Assembly: GCF_000010625.1 (NCBI RefSeq)
Contig: NC_010296.1
Location: 3,360,001-3,392,000 of the forward strand
DNA from: Microcystis aeruginosa NIES-843
Lineage (GTDB): Bacteria; Cyanobacteriota; Cyanobacteriia; Cyanobacteriales; Microcystaceae
Reading direction: 5' to 3'
Length of the DNA stretch: 32,000 bases
Shown: piece by piece, positions 1 to 8,784 of the stretch
Layout of the letters: each line of letters starts with the position of its first letter
Position numbering within the stretch: position 1 is the stretch's first letter
Position numbers and translations under genes: made by a program
The notes under the pieces: model-generated
Databases searched by the model: none
What the model saw: only the letters and a program-made list of their open reading frames with translations
Told to the model about the DNA's origin: nothing

Positions 1-457
1 TCATGTACCAACCGCCCACTTCTGGCAAACTCAGCAATCGTAAGGCTGTACCCGTGGGTGCGGAATCGATAATCAACACATCATAAGTACCCTCATCGTA
101 GTGGCGTTTCATGCGAACTAAGCCGAAAATCTCATCCATTCCGGGTAAAATCGCTAATTCTTCCGCTTGCACTCCATCTAAACCCCTAGCTTGCAATACC
201 TGAGTAATGTAACGTTTTACTGCGCCCCAGTTGCCTTCCAATTCCATTAGTGCGTCTAATTCTGCCCCCCAAAGATGGGGACGTACCAAACGAGGATCGT
301 GACCTAATTCGAGATCGAAACTGTCAGCGAGAGAGTGAGCGGGATCGGTGCTGAGAACTAGGGTTTTATAGCCAAGTTCGGCGCAGCGGAGTCCTGTAGC
401 GGCGGCGACGGAGGTTTTACCCACGCCTCCTTTACCGGTCATGAGAATTACACGCAT
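1..457 (-). CDS. ArsA/GET3-family ATPase, N-terminal part (gene continues beyond window start)
   Basis: Reverse translation from the ATG at 457-455 gives [47 protein letters not shown]...[17 protein letters not shown]. This shows the deviant Walker A GKGGVGKT plus the DPAHSL and DSAPTG motifs typical of ArsA/Get3. The frame is open to position 1. It is absent from the ORF track because it runs off the edge. Confidence 0.8.
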   Translation of the reverse strand, partial: MRVILMTGKGGVGKTSVAAATGLRCAELGYKTLVLSTDPAHSLADSFDLELGHDPRLVRPHLWGAELDALMELEGNWGAVKRYITQVLQARGLDGVQAEELAILPGMDEIFGLVRMKRHYDEGTYDVLIIDSAPTGTALRLLSLPEVGGWYM

Positions 458-531
458 GGGGGCTGATTCTAAGAAAATTTACATTACTTATTCTTATTAT
501 GACGGGAAAGTTAACAAATTGAGGACAAGAA

Positions 532-951
532 TCAGCATTCTTGGCTAGAAAATTCCACTCCCCGACCATCACCCCGGGGAATTAGGCTCTGTTCAAAAAA
601 TTGCTGACAGCGATTTTCGGCATCAGCGACGAGAACTTTAGCAAAATGACCCTTTTCGAGAACTTCTTGCCTCGGACGTTGTTCGTAGGCATAGATAATC
701 AAAATATCTCCTGGTTGACAGAGCAGAGCCGCACCACCGTTGGGGCAAATTTCCCCGGTGTGGCCGGGAAAAACGTAGGTGGAAAAGCGCTTACCATTGC
801 TAAGATTGACCACATCCACCTCTTCAAGGGGCAAAATACCGACCCGCTCAATCAATTCTCGATCGATAGTGATACTGCCGACATAATCGACGTTAGCCTC
901 GCTGACGCGCACTCGATGGAGTTTGGCGTGCATTAATCGAATTGTTCCCAT
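532..951 (-). CDS. panD: Aspartate 1-decarboxylase (pyruvoyl-dependent)
   Basis: 139-aa ORF beginning [30 protein letters not shown]. It carries the K-(L/I)-H-R-x-x-V-T/S motif and the Gly-Ser self-processing site (VGS) characteristic of PanD. The length is typical. Confidence 0.9.
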   Translation of the reverse strand: MGTIRLMHAKLHRVRVSEANVDYVGSITIDRELIERVGILPLEEVDVVNLSNGKRFSTYVFPGHTGEICPNGGAALLCQPGDILIIYAYEQRPRQEVLEKGHFAKVLVADAENRCQQFFEQSLIPRGDGRGVEFSSQEC

Positions 952-988
952 GTATTTTTTCCTATTTCCCCCAATTACTTCAATTATT

Positions 989-1816
989 ATGCTCTCCCAG
1001 TGGGAATGTTTACTAAAAAATCTCGGTCAATGGCAAGGTTCTTTTACCCGTCTGTCTCCCCAAGGCGATCTGATCGAAGATACCCCGACTTTGGTATCTT
1101 TGCAAGGCGTTAATAATAATCGATCAATTCGTCAATTGGTCCGCCGTCTCTACAGCGATCGAGTGCCAGAAGATTTGATTTTAGAGTATAGTTCTCTCCA
1201 TCAGGGTATTCTATTTAGCCAGACGGGAGCTTTTTGCCAAGGTTCTCTATATTTTAGTAGTTTTTCCTCACAATTCGGGGCAGAATTTGGGTTAATCTCT
1301 GGAGAAAGACGATTAAGAATCGTACAGTTATTTAATGAGCGCTGTGAGTTCGATCGCTTGACTTTAATTCGGGAAAAGTTAGTGGATTCTCAGTCACCAG
1401 AAAGACCGATGTTATCGGTGGAGCAATTACTGGGTCAATGGCGAGGACAGGCGGTGACAACGGGACGCGATTTTTATAATTCTCCTGCCTATTCTACCCA
1501 TGTATCGATCGAGCGTCAGGGGGATAATTATCTCTCGCAAACTTTGACTTTTGGCGATAGTCAAATTACTTCTAGCGCTCGTATTGAGGGACAAAGATTG
1601 TTGTTTGAAAATAGTCCGCTGCCGATTCAAATCCTGCTGCTGCCCGATGGAGCCTCCTGTAATACACCTCTGAAAATTACTGCCGGTCATCGTTTTGTTT
1701 TAGAGGTGGGTTGGTTACTTTCTCCTACTCAAAGACAGCGCTTAATTCGTTCTTATAACGAGAAGGGAGAATGGACAGGTATTACTCTGGTGACAGAGGA
1801 AAAAGAAAGCTATTAG
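989..1816 (+). CDS. DUF3598-like conserved cyanobacterial protein (function unknown)
   Basis: The ORF-track frame is 923..1816. I place the start at the internal ATG 989 ([26 protein letters not shown]...). The upstream 22 codons overlap the panD start and encode a low-complexity FFLFPP stretch. The N-terminal WExxLxNLGxWxGSF pattern matches my memory of DUF3598, unverified. Confidence 0.55.
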   Translation: MLSQWECLLKNLGQWQGSFTRLSPQGDLIEDTPTLVSLQGVNNNRSIRQLVRRLYSDRVPEDLILEYSSLHQGILFSQTGAFCQGSLYFSSFSSQFGAEFGLISGERRLRIVQLFNERCEFDRLTLIREKLVDSQSPERPMLSVEQLLGQWRGQAVTTGRDFYNSPAYSTHVSIERQGDNYLSQTLTFGDSQITSSARIEGQRLLFENSPLPIQILLLPDGASCNTPLKITAGHRFVLEVGWLLSPTQRQRLIRSYNEKGEWTGITLVTEEKESY

Positions 1817-1901
1817 CCGTCAGCCGTCAGCTAGATTGATAATAAAAAGGAAATTGACTAATTACACTGAAAAATATCGGGTTTCTCCTAAACATGAATT
1901 A

Positions 1902-2055
1902 TAAGTAAGTAGTTATAATTAAATTGAAGATAGATTTTGCCTCAGATCCCCCCTGCCCCCCTTGATAAGGGGGGTGCCGATAGGCGGGGGGATCCCCCCT
2001 TAATCCCCCCTTAATAAGGGGGGCATCTGATAATTTTTAACGACTACCTACTTAA
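1902..2055. mobile_element. MITE-like repeat, family A, copy 1 (G6/C6 hairpin-rich)
   Basis: Starts taagtaagtagttataattaaattgaagatagat and ends ...tttttaacgactacctacttaa. The termini are inverted (CTAAGTAG / CTACTTAG). The interior has CCCCCCTTGATAAGGGGGG-type hairpins. The same element recurs at 3782-3923 (inverted) and 30316-30411. Confidence 0.7.
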
Positions 2056-2634
2056 CTGGATTTGGTATCTTCTCCTTGCTCGGAGACTTGCCAAAACAAC
2101 AACTTTGTACTTCACCAATAAGATAACTGCGATAAGAAACTGAATGCTAAGGGCTAATTTATATAAGCAAAATTTATCAAAATCCCAATATACTTGAGAA
2201 GATTTAAATTTACATTCCTTCATCTTTACTTTTCTTAAAAAATAATTGAGAAAAATTCCTATTTGTCAACGAGATTGCAATAGTTACAGCCCGCTGCTAA
2301 AATCTAAGAATTGGGTTACTCTGTGCATTTTTAGTCCTTGTGCCTTGAAACCCTTACCACGTCTAGGATTACTAATTAGTCCCTGGTAAAAACTTGCCAA
2401 TTGCTCCTTTGACGAAAAAGATCTTTTGCCAAAAATATGTGTACTTATGTTAAAACGAAAAAGTTTTTTTGACAAAATGTACCAGATATGCTGCGAGAAA
2501 AGTCTCCAGATTAGCTACTGGGGGTGGGAAACTGTTAACTATCTAGGGTTTGCGGCAAAAAGTTTGTTGGTGGGGGCGGGGGTGTGGAAGGAACCACAGA
2601 GACACAGAGGACACAAAGATTGATCACTCCTATA

Positions 2635-2852
2635 TAGGGCTTGCTGAAAAAGTTTTTCTTGGGGGCAGGGTGTGGGGTGTAGGGTGTGGGGTGTAGGGTT
2701 TTACCCATTTTCAGGTGGTCAATTACCTAATTTTCAGGGAAAAAGTCCAGGAATTTTCCCCGCGCTCACTCCAATCCCTGGCACTTTTGGATTTCAGAAA
2801 AGCCTAAAAATCTGATCCAACAAGGTTTTTAGATTTATTCAGCCAGTCCTAC
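2635..2852. mobile_element. MITE-like repeat, family B, copy 1 (contains GGTGTGG/GGTGTAG heptamer run)
   Basis: tagggcttgctgaaaaagtttttc...(gtgtggg/gtgtagg)n...caattacctaattttcagggaaaaagtccagg...caacaaggtttttagatttattcagccagtcctac. The reverse complement aligns along its whole length with 18318-18540. The termini are inverted: TAGGnnnnGCTGAA. Confidence 0.65.
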
Positions 2853-2917
2853 CTTTTATTTGTCAGATTGATTGGATATGTCTAGGTTTTGCACGATCAA
2901 TCAAGGGACCAGTATCT

Positions 2918-3700
2918 TTAACCAAAAAGTAAATTATGGAGGATTTCTAAACGCCGGTCATCTTCACGGACAATAGCACCATAATAATTTTTTTTATTCT
3001 CTAGCCAGAGTAATTCAAACTCGATCGCCTTTGGCAAAGCTAAACTGAAATTATCCAAAGCTTGGGGACAATCAAAGATAACTTTGCGCGTCTCGAAGCG
3101 GTCAAAATGTCCTTGGCAGAACATTTTGAAAAACGGTAAAGAATGCAGTGACACCCCACCCCCAATGGCAACAGTCAAACCGGCAGCCTTAGCTTTTTTT
3201 GCCAAAGGTAAAGCCAGAGCCAAAACTTGCTCGCTATTCACATCCTGACGGGTTAATCCCAAAGAACAGGCTAAATCCATCCGTCCGATGACGATACCAT
3301 GGAGAGATTTTATCTCTGGAATCGCCAACATTTCCTGAAAATTCTCACAGGCTGTAATCGTTTCGATATTAACTAATAGCTCCACATCTTCCACCCCTTG
3401 GTCAGCTAAAACCCTCCTGGCTGCCCGCAGATATTTTTGTAAAGCGTAGGCTGTTTCTACCATGGGAGCAATCAAGCGATCGACTCCTAAATTAACCCCA
3501 TCAAAGATATCTCTGATCGCTTCGCAACCGGCGATTTTCAGATTAAAATCTACCCCCGCTTTCAGACTAATTTCTTTCAACCGCATCGCTTCCGTCAATC
3601 GGGTTCCTTCCGTCTCGAATTCCGCTTTTACCCCCGAAACATGGTGATCTTCCCTGAGTTCTCTTAACAGTTGCACCATTTTTTTTTCTAAGCAATTCAT
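2918..3700 (-). CDS. HpcH/HpaI aldolase / citrate-lyase-beta-like TIM-barrel protein
   Basis: 260-aa ORF. The segment LVNIETITACENFQEMLAIPEIKSLHGIVIGRMDLACSLGL resembles the E-x-x-x-A-v-x-N...G-x-x-DL-s-x-s-lG core of the HpcH/HpaI aldolase family. Assignment is by motif recall only. Confidence 0.55.
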   Translation of the reverse strand: MNCLEKKMVQLLRELREDHHVSGVKAEFETEGTRLTEAMRLKEISLKAGVDFNLKIAGCEAIRDIFDGVNLGVDRLIAPMVETAYALQKYLRAARRVLADQGVEDVELLVNIETITACENFQEMLAIPEIKSLHGIVIGRMDLACSLGLTRQDVNSEQVLALALPLAKKAKAAGLTVAIGGGVSLHSLPFFKMFCQGHFDRFETRKVIFDCPQALDNFSLALPKAIEFELLWLENKKNYYGAIVREDDRRLEILHNLLFG

Positions 3701-3781
3701 GATTTTAATCGTTCACAATCGGTAACTGCTAGATCAGCCTTGTTGATTATAGCCGATCCGCGAAAAGCCGATAGCTGAGGA

Positions 3782-3923
3782 CTAAGTAGGTAGGTGTTAA
3801 AAATTGTCAGATGCCCTCTTATTCAGGAGGGATTAAGGATGTGCCGATCCCCCCTTATCAAGGGGGGGCAGGGGGGATCGAACCCAAAATCTATCTTCAA
3901 TTTAATTAAAACCAGCTACTTAG
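3782..3923. mobile_element. MITE-like repeat, family A, copy 2 (inverted relative to copy 1)
   Basis: ctaagtaggtaggtgttaaaaattgtcagatgcc...ccccccttatcaaggggggg...tcttcaatttaattaaaaccagctacttag. This is the reverse complement of the 1902-2055 pattern. It lies in the divergent promoter region between the aldolase-like gene and aspS. Confidence 0.7.
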
Positions 3924-4058
3924 GAAACCATAAAAATACCCTAAACAAGGGGACAAGAGCGACAAAATACCGGCATAATGAACAAGGCCGTCTGATTTTT
4001 TTCTGGCCACATCCTTTCTATACTACATTCGTAATATAAGTAATTCTCTAGTTAGACT

Positions 4059-5846
4059 ATGCGAACTCACTACTGTGGCGACCTTAGCGCGATCGAAATT
4101 GAAAAAAGTGTCACCCTCTTCGGTTGGGTCGATCGTCGTCGCGATCACGGTGGCGTTATTTTTATCGATCTACGGGATCGCAGTGGTATTGTCCAGATCG
4201 TCAGTGATCCCCAACGAACCCCCGCTTCCTATCCCATTGCTGAAACCGTCAGAAACGAGTATGTCCTCAAGGTGACGGGAACAGTCAGTCAAAGGCCTAC
4301 CGAATCCCTTAACCCGCGCATTGCCACCGGAGAAATCGAAATTTACGCCACTAGCATCGAGATTCTCAACGGGGTTACTAAACAACTGCCTTTTGTCGTC
4401 TCCAGTTCCGAAAGTGAATCGGTCCGGGAAGATGTGCGCTTGCGATACCGCTATCTAGACCTACGCCGGGAGCGTATGAGTCAGAATTTACAACTACGTC
4501 ACCAAGTTGTCAAGGAAATGCGCCGTTTTCTCGAAGATGAACAGCATTTTATCGAAGTGGAAACGCCAATTTTAACTCGATCGACTCCCGAAGGGGCGCG
4601 GGATTATCTGGTTCCTTCCCGTGTCAACCCTGGCCAATGGTACGCTTTACCCCAATCACCGCAACTATTTAAGCAATTATTAATGGTGTCGGGAATGGAT
4701 CGCTACTATCAAATCGCCCGCTGTTTCCGCGATGAAGATCTGCGCGCTGATCGTCAACCGGAATTTACTCAGTTGGATATGGAGATGAGTTTTCTCTCTT
4801 TACCTGAGATTTTAGCCCTAAATGAGGCTTTAATCGCTCATATCTTCAAAAAAGTCAAAAATATCGATATAAGCCTGCCCCTGCCCCGTTTAACCTATGC
4901 TGAGGCTATGGATCGCTATGGGATCGATCGCCCCGATACCCGTTTTGGCTTGGAATTGGTCAATGTGGCGGAGATTTTTGCCGATTCGGGATTTAAGGTG
5001 TTTTCAGGTGCGATCGCTAGTGGTGGGACGGTGAAAGTTTTACCGATTCCCAACGGTAACGAGGCGATTTCTAACGTCAGAATCAAACCGGGTGGGGATT
5101 TATTCAAAGAAGCCACCGATGCGGGGGCGAAGGGAATTGCCTATATCCGCGTGCGCGAGGACTACGATTTTGATACCATCGGTGCGATTAAAGATAACCT
5201 GACAGAGGCACAAAAACAGGCTTTAATCGAGAAGACTGGCGCAAAACCGGGGCATCTGCTCTTATTTGGGGCGGGAGATACCGATACAGTCAATAAATCC
5301 CTATCCCGCCTACGCCTAGTTTTAGGGGAACAATTGGGATTAATTGATCCGGAGAAAATCAACCTCCTCTGGGTGACGGATTTCCCGATGTTTGAATACA
5401 ACGCCGAGGAAAAACGCCTCGAAGCATTGCATCACCCCTTTACTGCCCCTAATCCCGAAGATTTAGAGGATCTAGCCCAGGCTCGCGCCCTAGCCTACGA
5501 TATGATTTTTAATGGTATTGAAATCGGTGGCGGCAGTTTGCGGATCTATCAACGGGAAGTACAGGAAAAAGTCTTCGCCACCATCGGTCTATCCCCAGAG
5601 GAAGCCTATAATAAATTCGGCTTTTTGTTAGAAGCTTTTGAATACGGAACCCCTCCCCACGGTGGCATCGCCTACGGTTTAGATCGCTTGGTGATGTTGT
5701 TAGCGGGAGAAGAATCGATTCGCGATGTGATTGCTTTCCCGAAAACCCAGCAAGCTAGTTGTTTACTCACTTCTGCACCTTCAACAGTGGCAGCGAAGCA
5801 ATTAAAGGAATTATCCGTTGCTTCTACCTACAAACCGCCATCCTAA
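4059..5846 (+). CDS. aspS: Aspartate--tRNA ligase (class IIb; probably the non-discriminating type, as usual in cyanobacteria)
   Basis: 595-aa [12 protein letters not shown]...[22 protein letters not shown] (OB anticodon-binding domain). It also has [39 protein letters not shown] (class II motifs 1-2) and GGGSLRI...[15 protein letters not shown] (motif 3). Confidence 0.97.
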   Translation: MRTHYCGDLSAIEIEKSVTLFGWVDRRRDHGGVIFIDLRDRSGIVQIVSDPQRTPASYPIAETVRNEYVLKVTGTVSQRPTESLNPRIATGEIEIYATSIEILNGVTKQLPFVVSSSESESVREDVRLRYRYLDLRRERMSQNLQLRHQVVKEMRRFLEDEQHFIEVETPILTRSTPEGARDYLVPSRVNPGQWYALPQSPQLFKQLLMVSGMDRYYQIARCFRDEDLRADRQPEFTQLDMEMSFLSLPEILALNEALIAHIFKKVKNIDISLPLPRLTYAEAMDRYGIDRPDTRFGLELVNVAEIFADSGFKVFSGAIASGGTVKVLPIPNGNEAISNVRIKPGGDLFKEATDAGAKGIAYIRVREDYDFDTIGAIKDNLTEAQKQALIEKTGAKPGHLLLFGAGDTDTVNKSLSRLRLVLGEQLGLIDPEKINLLWVTDFPMFEYNAEEKRLEALHHPFTAPNPEDLEDLAQARALAYDMIFNGIEIGGGSLRIYQREVQEKVFATIGLSPEEAYNKFGFLLEAFEYGTPPHGGIAYGLDRLVMLLAGEESIRDVIAFPKTQQASCLLTSAPSTVAAKQLKELSVASTYKPPS

Positions 5847-5848
5847 GA

Positions 5849-5877
5849 TTAGGGTGGGCATTGCCCACCTAATTTTT
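5849..5877 (+). terminator. Rho-independent terminator downstream of aspS
   Basis: ttaGGTGGGCattGCCCACCtaattttt. This is a 7-bp GC-rich stem with a 3-nt loop, extendable by tta/taa with a bulge, followed by a T5 run. It starts 3 nt after the aspS stop. Confidence 0.65.
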
Positions 5878-5897
5878 GCAAGTCTGTTGACACTAAG

Positions 5898-6137
5898 TTA
5901 AATTCTTTTCTGCCCTCACTTCATCCTCTTTAGCAGTGGCTAAAAATTCCTAGAGTTTAGTTTTGGGAACTAGGGGAAAAGTGCAGGGTAAGCGCATCTT
6001 AACAATCCTTGACAATTGTTAAGCAAAAATCGACCAAATGGGTCGAGTTCGCCCCTACAAAATCGACCCGCCTAAGGGCGGGAAAGAAAAGAAAAAATAG
6101 GGAATGAGGGTAAAAAGGGAAAAAAAGGGGAAAAGGG
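5898..6137. repeat. Repeat R, copy 1: conserved structured 3' flank of the FGE-sulfatase-domain gene
   Basis: 5898-6097 is identical by eye to 10048-10247 (200 bp). A purine-rich tract (pyrimidine-rich on the gene strand) follows and differs only by small indels. It abuts the stop codon at 6138-6140. Confidence 0.85.
6025..6046 (-). terminator. Candidate intrinsic terminator inside repeat R (gene strand)
   Basis: On the minus strand: TCGACC-cattt-GGTCGA followed by TTTTTG. The stem is only 6 bp. The same sequence occurs in copy 2 at 10175-10196. Confidence 0.4.
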
Positions 6138-8756
6138 TTACAGAGTCCTCCCAGCACCGCACACCACCCGAAAACCGTGGTCGGAGCTGACGTTGACGCG
6201 GCGGTCGTGGTCGTTGCGGTAAGCAGAACGGCAGTTAGAAGGATAGAAGTACCAGGAACCGCCCCGCAGAGGAGAACGATTATCATCCCCATTTTCTATC
6301 CAGACACTGCCATCCGTCGGCGCATCCTTATAGTTATCGTGCCAAGTATCGGCACACCATTCCCAGACATTTCCGTGCATATCATAGAGTCCGAAAGCGT
6401 TGGGGGGAAATTTACCAACGGGGGTGGTTTCTTGACGATAAACACCTTTGGGTCCCTGAGCATAAATAGAGAAGTACCAGGAACCGCCCCGCAGAGGAGA
6501 ACGATTATCATCCCCATTTTCTATCCAGACACTGCCATCCGTCGGCGCATCCTTATAGTTATCGTGCCCAGTATCGGCGCACCATTCCCAGACATTTCCG
6601 TGCATATCATAGAGTCCGAAAGCGTTGGGGGGAAATTTACCAACGGGGGTGGTTTCTTGACGATAAACACCTTTGGGTCCCTGAGCATAAATAGAATTGC
6701 CGTCGTAGTTGGCTAAATCCGGGGTGATGGTTTCCCCGAAATAGAAGGGAGTGGTGGTTCCTGCACGACAGGCATATTCCCACTGCGCTTCCGAGGGGAG
6801 GCGATAGTCTCGTCCCGTCGCTTTCGAGAGTCGCATACAGAATTCCACTGCAGCGTACCAAGAGACTTGTTCAACGGGGCGATTATTGCCAGAGAACTTA
6901 GAAGGATTTAAGTCAAGGTCACATTCAATTTTTGGCAGGGAGGCCACTGCTTTCCACTGGGCCTGAGTGATGGGATATTTGCCCATAAAGAAGGCAGGAA
7001 CGGTCACTAGATGTTGGGGACGTTCGTTATCATTTCCTTGTCCATCGGGTGAACCCATCTTGAATTGTCCTGCTGGAATAGCGACCATTTCCAGGGTGAC
7101 ATCATTGCCCAAGTTTTCTGTAAAATACTGCGCTGGTTTCTTTTCCCGTTTGACTTCCTTGCCTCGACTATCGACGGTGACAGCTTGAAAATCAAAAAAT
7201 TGAGCATTACTAGGTAATTGACGACGGAGTTGGTTAAGTTGAGAATGATTGGGATAACGTTCCAACGCAGCATTAAGGTTCGATAAAGCTTCTTGCAATT
7301 GACCTGAATTCAGCAATTTAATGCTACGTTGGTAAAAAGATTCAGCACTCAATTGTTCTGACAATAAACCTTTAACTTGAGTAGCAAGCTGACGACTTTC
7401 TAGTTCTGCCAAACAGTGATGTAATTTATTAAAATACACTTCATCTGCTACGGTAACAACAGGTTTCATCGCTTTAATCGCTTGCTCTAAATTATTAGGA
7501 GGATTTATCCCCCGCAATCGCAACCAAGACTTAACGGAATAATCTAGCTGTTCTCTTGCCCAATTTTTATCAGGCAAAGCAGTTAAACTATCAGCTAAAT
7601 CTAATGCTAATTCAGGCATCCAAGCGGGGCGTTCATTTTCTAAAGCCTCATAAACCTGACGATAGCCAGAAACGATAGTCTTTAATAACTTAGGATCATC
7701 AATACCTCGCATTAAATCGGGTATAAGCTTAGGCAAAATGGGCGGGACATTGTGATGAATTAGGTAGTGAATATCGGCAATCCAACCGCCTACCAGTGAT
7801 TGACATTTGACTAAAAACTGACAGAGATATTCAAAATCCTTAGCCGTAACTTTATACGGTTGAGTCGCTAAATCACTGCTATCGATTCCCGCACTCTTGA
7901 GAGCTTCTTCGTCTTGTAAAATTTTCAAATTAAAGGCATTATCACTCCCATATTGCCGATCAATTTCCTCCAAAGATTTATTTAATTGTTTTGCCAGTTG
8001 CTCTCTTTTTTCTCGCCATTGTCTTGCTCTAATTTTAACAGATTCATAGACAACTTCTCGATAGGGAAGATTAGAAATAATCGATTGATAAAAATATTTT
8101 TGCTGTCCTTCTCCCCAATAGCCCACATTAAGATGAAGATAATCCCCATCAATTTGGGACTCTAAAATTAACATGGGTTCAGATTTTAATAAGGCAAAAA
8201 GACCTATAATAGCCGCACCACCATGATAGCGTTTACTATCCCATCCACCATCAATTAGTTCGATCGGTCTTTCGGTACTTTGAAAAGAATAATGTTGATT
8301 AAAAAATTCCCGTAATCCTTGCGCTAAACCAGTTTCAATATTAGGAAAACTTTTGTTGTTGCCACCAAATTGATCAAAATCGATAACAGGAGGTGCGGGA
8401 ATTATTCTCAGAGAAATTAAATTCTCATCATGATTAGCATTCAAAATTTGATCGGGAACAATTCTCAAAGGCCAGTTTTGAAATAATTTCTGATCTTGAA
8501 CAACTTGACGGGCAGTATTTCGTTGTTCTAGGGCTACTTTTAACTGAGTTTGACGGTTATCTTCAGCAAGTTCTTTCTGCAATTGCTTCTGTTTTTCAAA
8601 TTGCTCTCGCTGAAATTCCTGATTATTTAATTGTTGCCATTTTTGAAATTCCTGTCGCTTATCTTCCAGTTTTTCCGTTGCTTGTCTCGCCAATTGACTA
8701 TTAATTAAATTGATAACCCCATTAACAACATAAAATCCCATTATTTCAGCAGTCAT
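6138..8756 (-). CDS. 872-aa protein: uncharacterised coiled-coil/alpha-beta N-terminal region (~550 aa) + C-terminal FGE-sulfatase (SUMF1)-like domain with an internal 75-aa duplication
   Basis: The C-terminal third (about 6141-7100) reads LEMVAIPAGQFKMGS...RPQHLVTVPAFFMGKYPITQAQW...YRLPSEAQWEYACRAGTTTPFYFG...FGLYDMHGNVWEWCAD...RGGSW, the classic FGE-sulfatase domain pattern. The N-terminus has a Gln/Glu/Lys-rich coiled coil (residues ~20-90) and then sequence I cannot assign. A GGAG-containing RBS precedes the ATG. There is a 28-bp gap to the upstream peptidase gene. Confidence 0.85.
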   Translation of the reverse strand: MTAEIMGFYVVNGVINLINSQLARQATEKLEDKRQEFQKWQQLNNQEFQREQFEKQKQLQKELAEDNRQTQLKVALEQRNTARQVVQDQKLFQNWPLRIVPDQILNANHDENLISLRIIPAPPVIDFDQFGGNNKSFPNIETGLAQGLREFFNQHYSFQSTERPIELIDGGWDSKRYHGGAAIIGLFALLKSEPMLILESQIDGDYLHLNVGYWGEGQQKYFYQSIISNLPYREVVYESVKIRARQWREKREQLAKQLNKSLEEIDRQYGSDNAFNLKILQDEEALKSAGIDSSDLATQPYKVTAKDFEYLCQFLVKCQSLVGGWIADIHYLIHHNVPPILPKLIPDLMRGIDDPKLLKTIVSGYRQVYEALENERPAWMPELALDLADSLTALPDKNWAREQLDYSVKSWLRLRGINPPNNLEQAIKAMKPVVTVADEVYFNKLHHCLAELESRQLATQVKGLLSEQLSAESFYQRSIKLLNSGQLQEALSNLNAALERYPNHSQLNQLRRQLPSNAQFFDFQAVTVDSRGKEVKREKKPAQYFTENLGNDVTLEMVAIPAGQFKMGSPDGQGNDNERPQHLVTVPAFFMGKYPITQAQWKAVASLPKIECDLDLNPSKFSGNNRPVEQVSWYAAVEFCMRLSKATGRDYRLPSEAQWEYACRAGTTTPFYFGETITPDLANYDGNSIYAQGPKGVYRQETTPVGKFPPNAFGLYDMHGNVWEWCADTGHDNYKDAPTDGSVWIENGDDNRSPLRGGSWYFSIYAQGPKGVYRQETTPVGKFPPNAFGLYDMHGNVWEWCADTWHDNYKDAPTDGSVWIENGDDNRSPLRGGSWYFYPSNCRSAYRNDHDRRVNVSSDHGFRVVCGAGRTL
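6245..6694. repeat. Tandem in-frame 225-bp duplication (2 copies) inside the FGE-sulfatase-like domain
   Basis: 6245-6469 and 6470-6694 differ at 2 of 225 positions. Each encodes SIYAQGPKGVYRQETTPVGKFPPNAFGLYDMHGNVWEWCADT(W/G)HDNYKDAPTDGSVWIENGDDNRSPLRGGSWYF. Confidence 0.95.
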
Positions 8757-8784
8757 AAGATTTCCTCTCCCAGATCAACTTTGC

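Noticed and set aside
601-936. 111-aa ORF antisense to panD
   Set aside because: It is fully contained in the confidently identified panD gene on the other strand.
923-988. N-terminal extension of the DUF3598-like ORF (start at 923)
   Set aside because: It would overlap the panD start by 29 nt head-to-head and would add a [11 protein letters not shown] low-complexity leader. The internal ATG at 989 begins the conserved sequence.
2284-2475. 63-aa ORF (TTG start) with an ...ISNPRRGKGF... stretch faintly reminiscent of the N-terminal region of ISAs1-type transposases
   Set aside because: The similarity is a few residues only. The ORF has a non-ATG start, no RBS and no flanking inverted repeats. 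I cannot support it as a gene or an IS remnant without a database search.
3794-4039. 81-aa ORF upstream of aspS
   Set aside because: It runs through the family A MITE (G/C hairpin modules translate as GGQGGS and similar). It shows no coding signature.
6177-6716. 179-aa plus-strand ORF, plus the 97-aa and 73-aa minus-strand ORFs at 5999-6517
   Set aside because: They are alternative frames of the FGS-domain coding region and of repeat R. Their internal repetition just mirrors the 225-bp duplication. There are no motifs.
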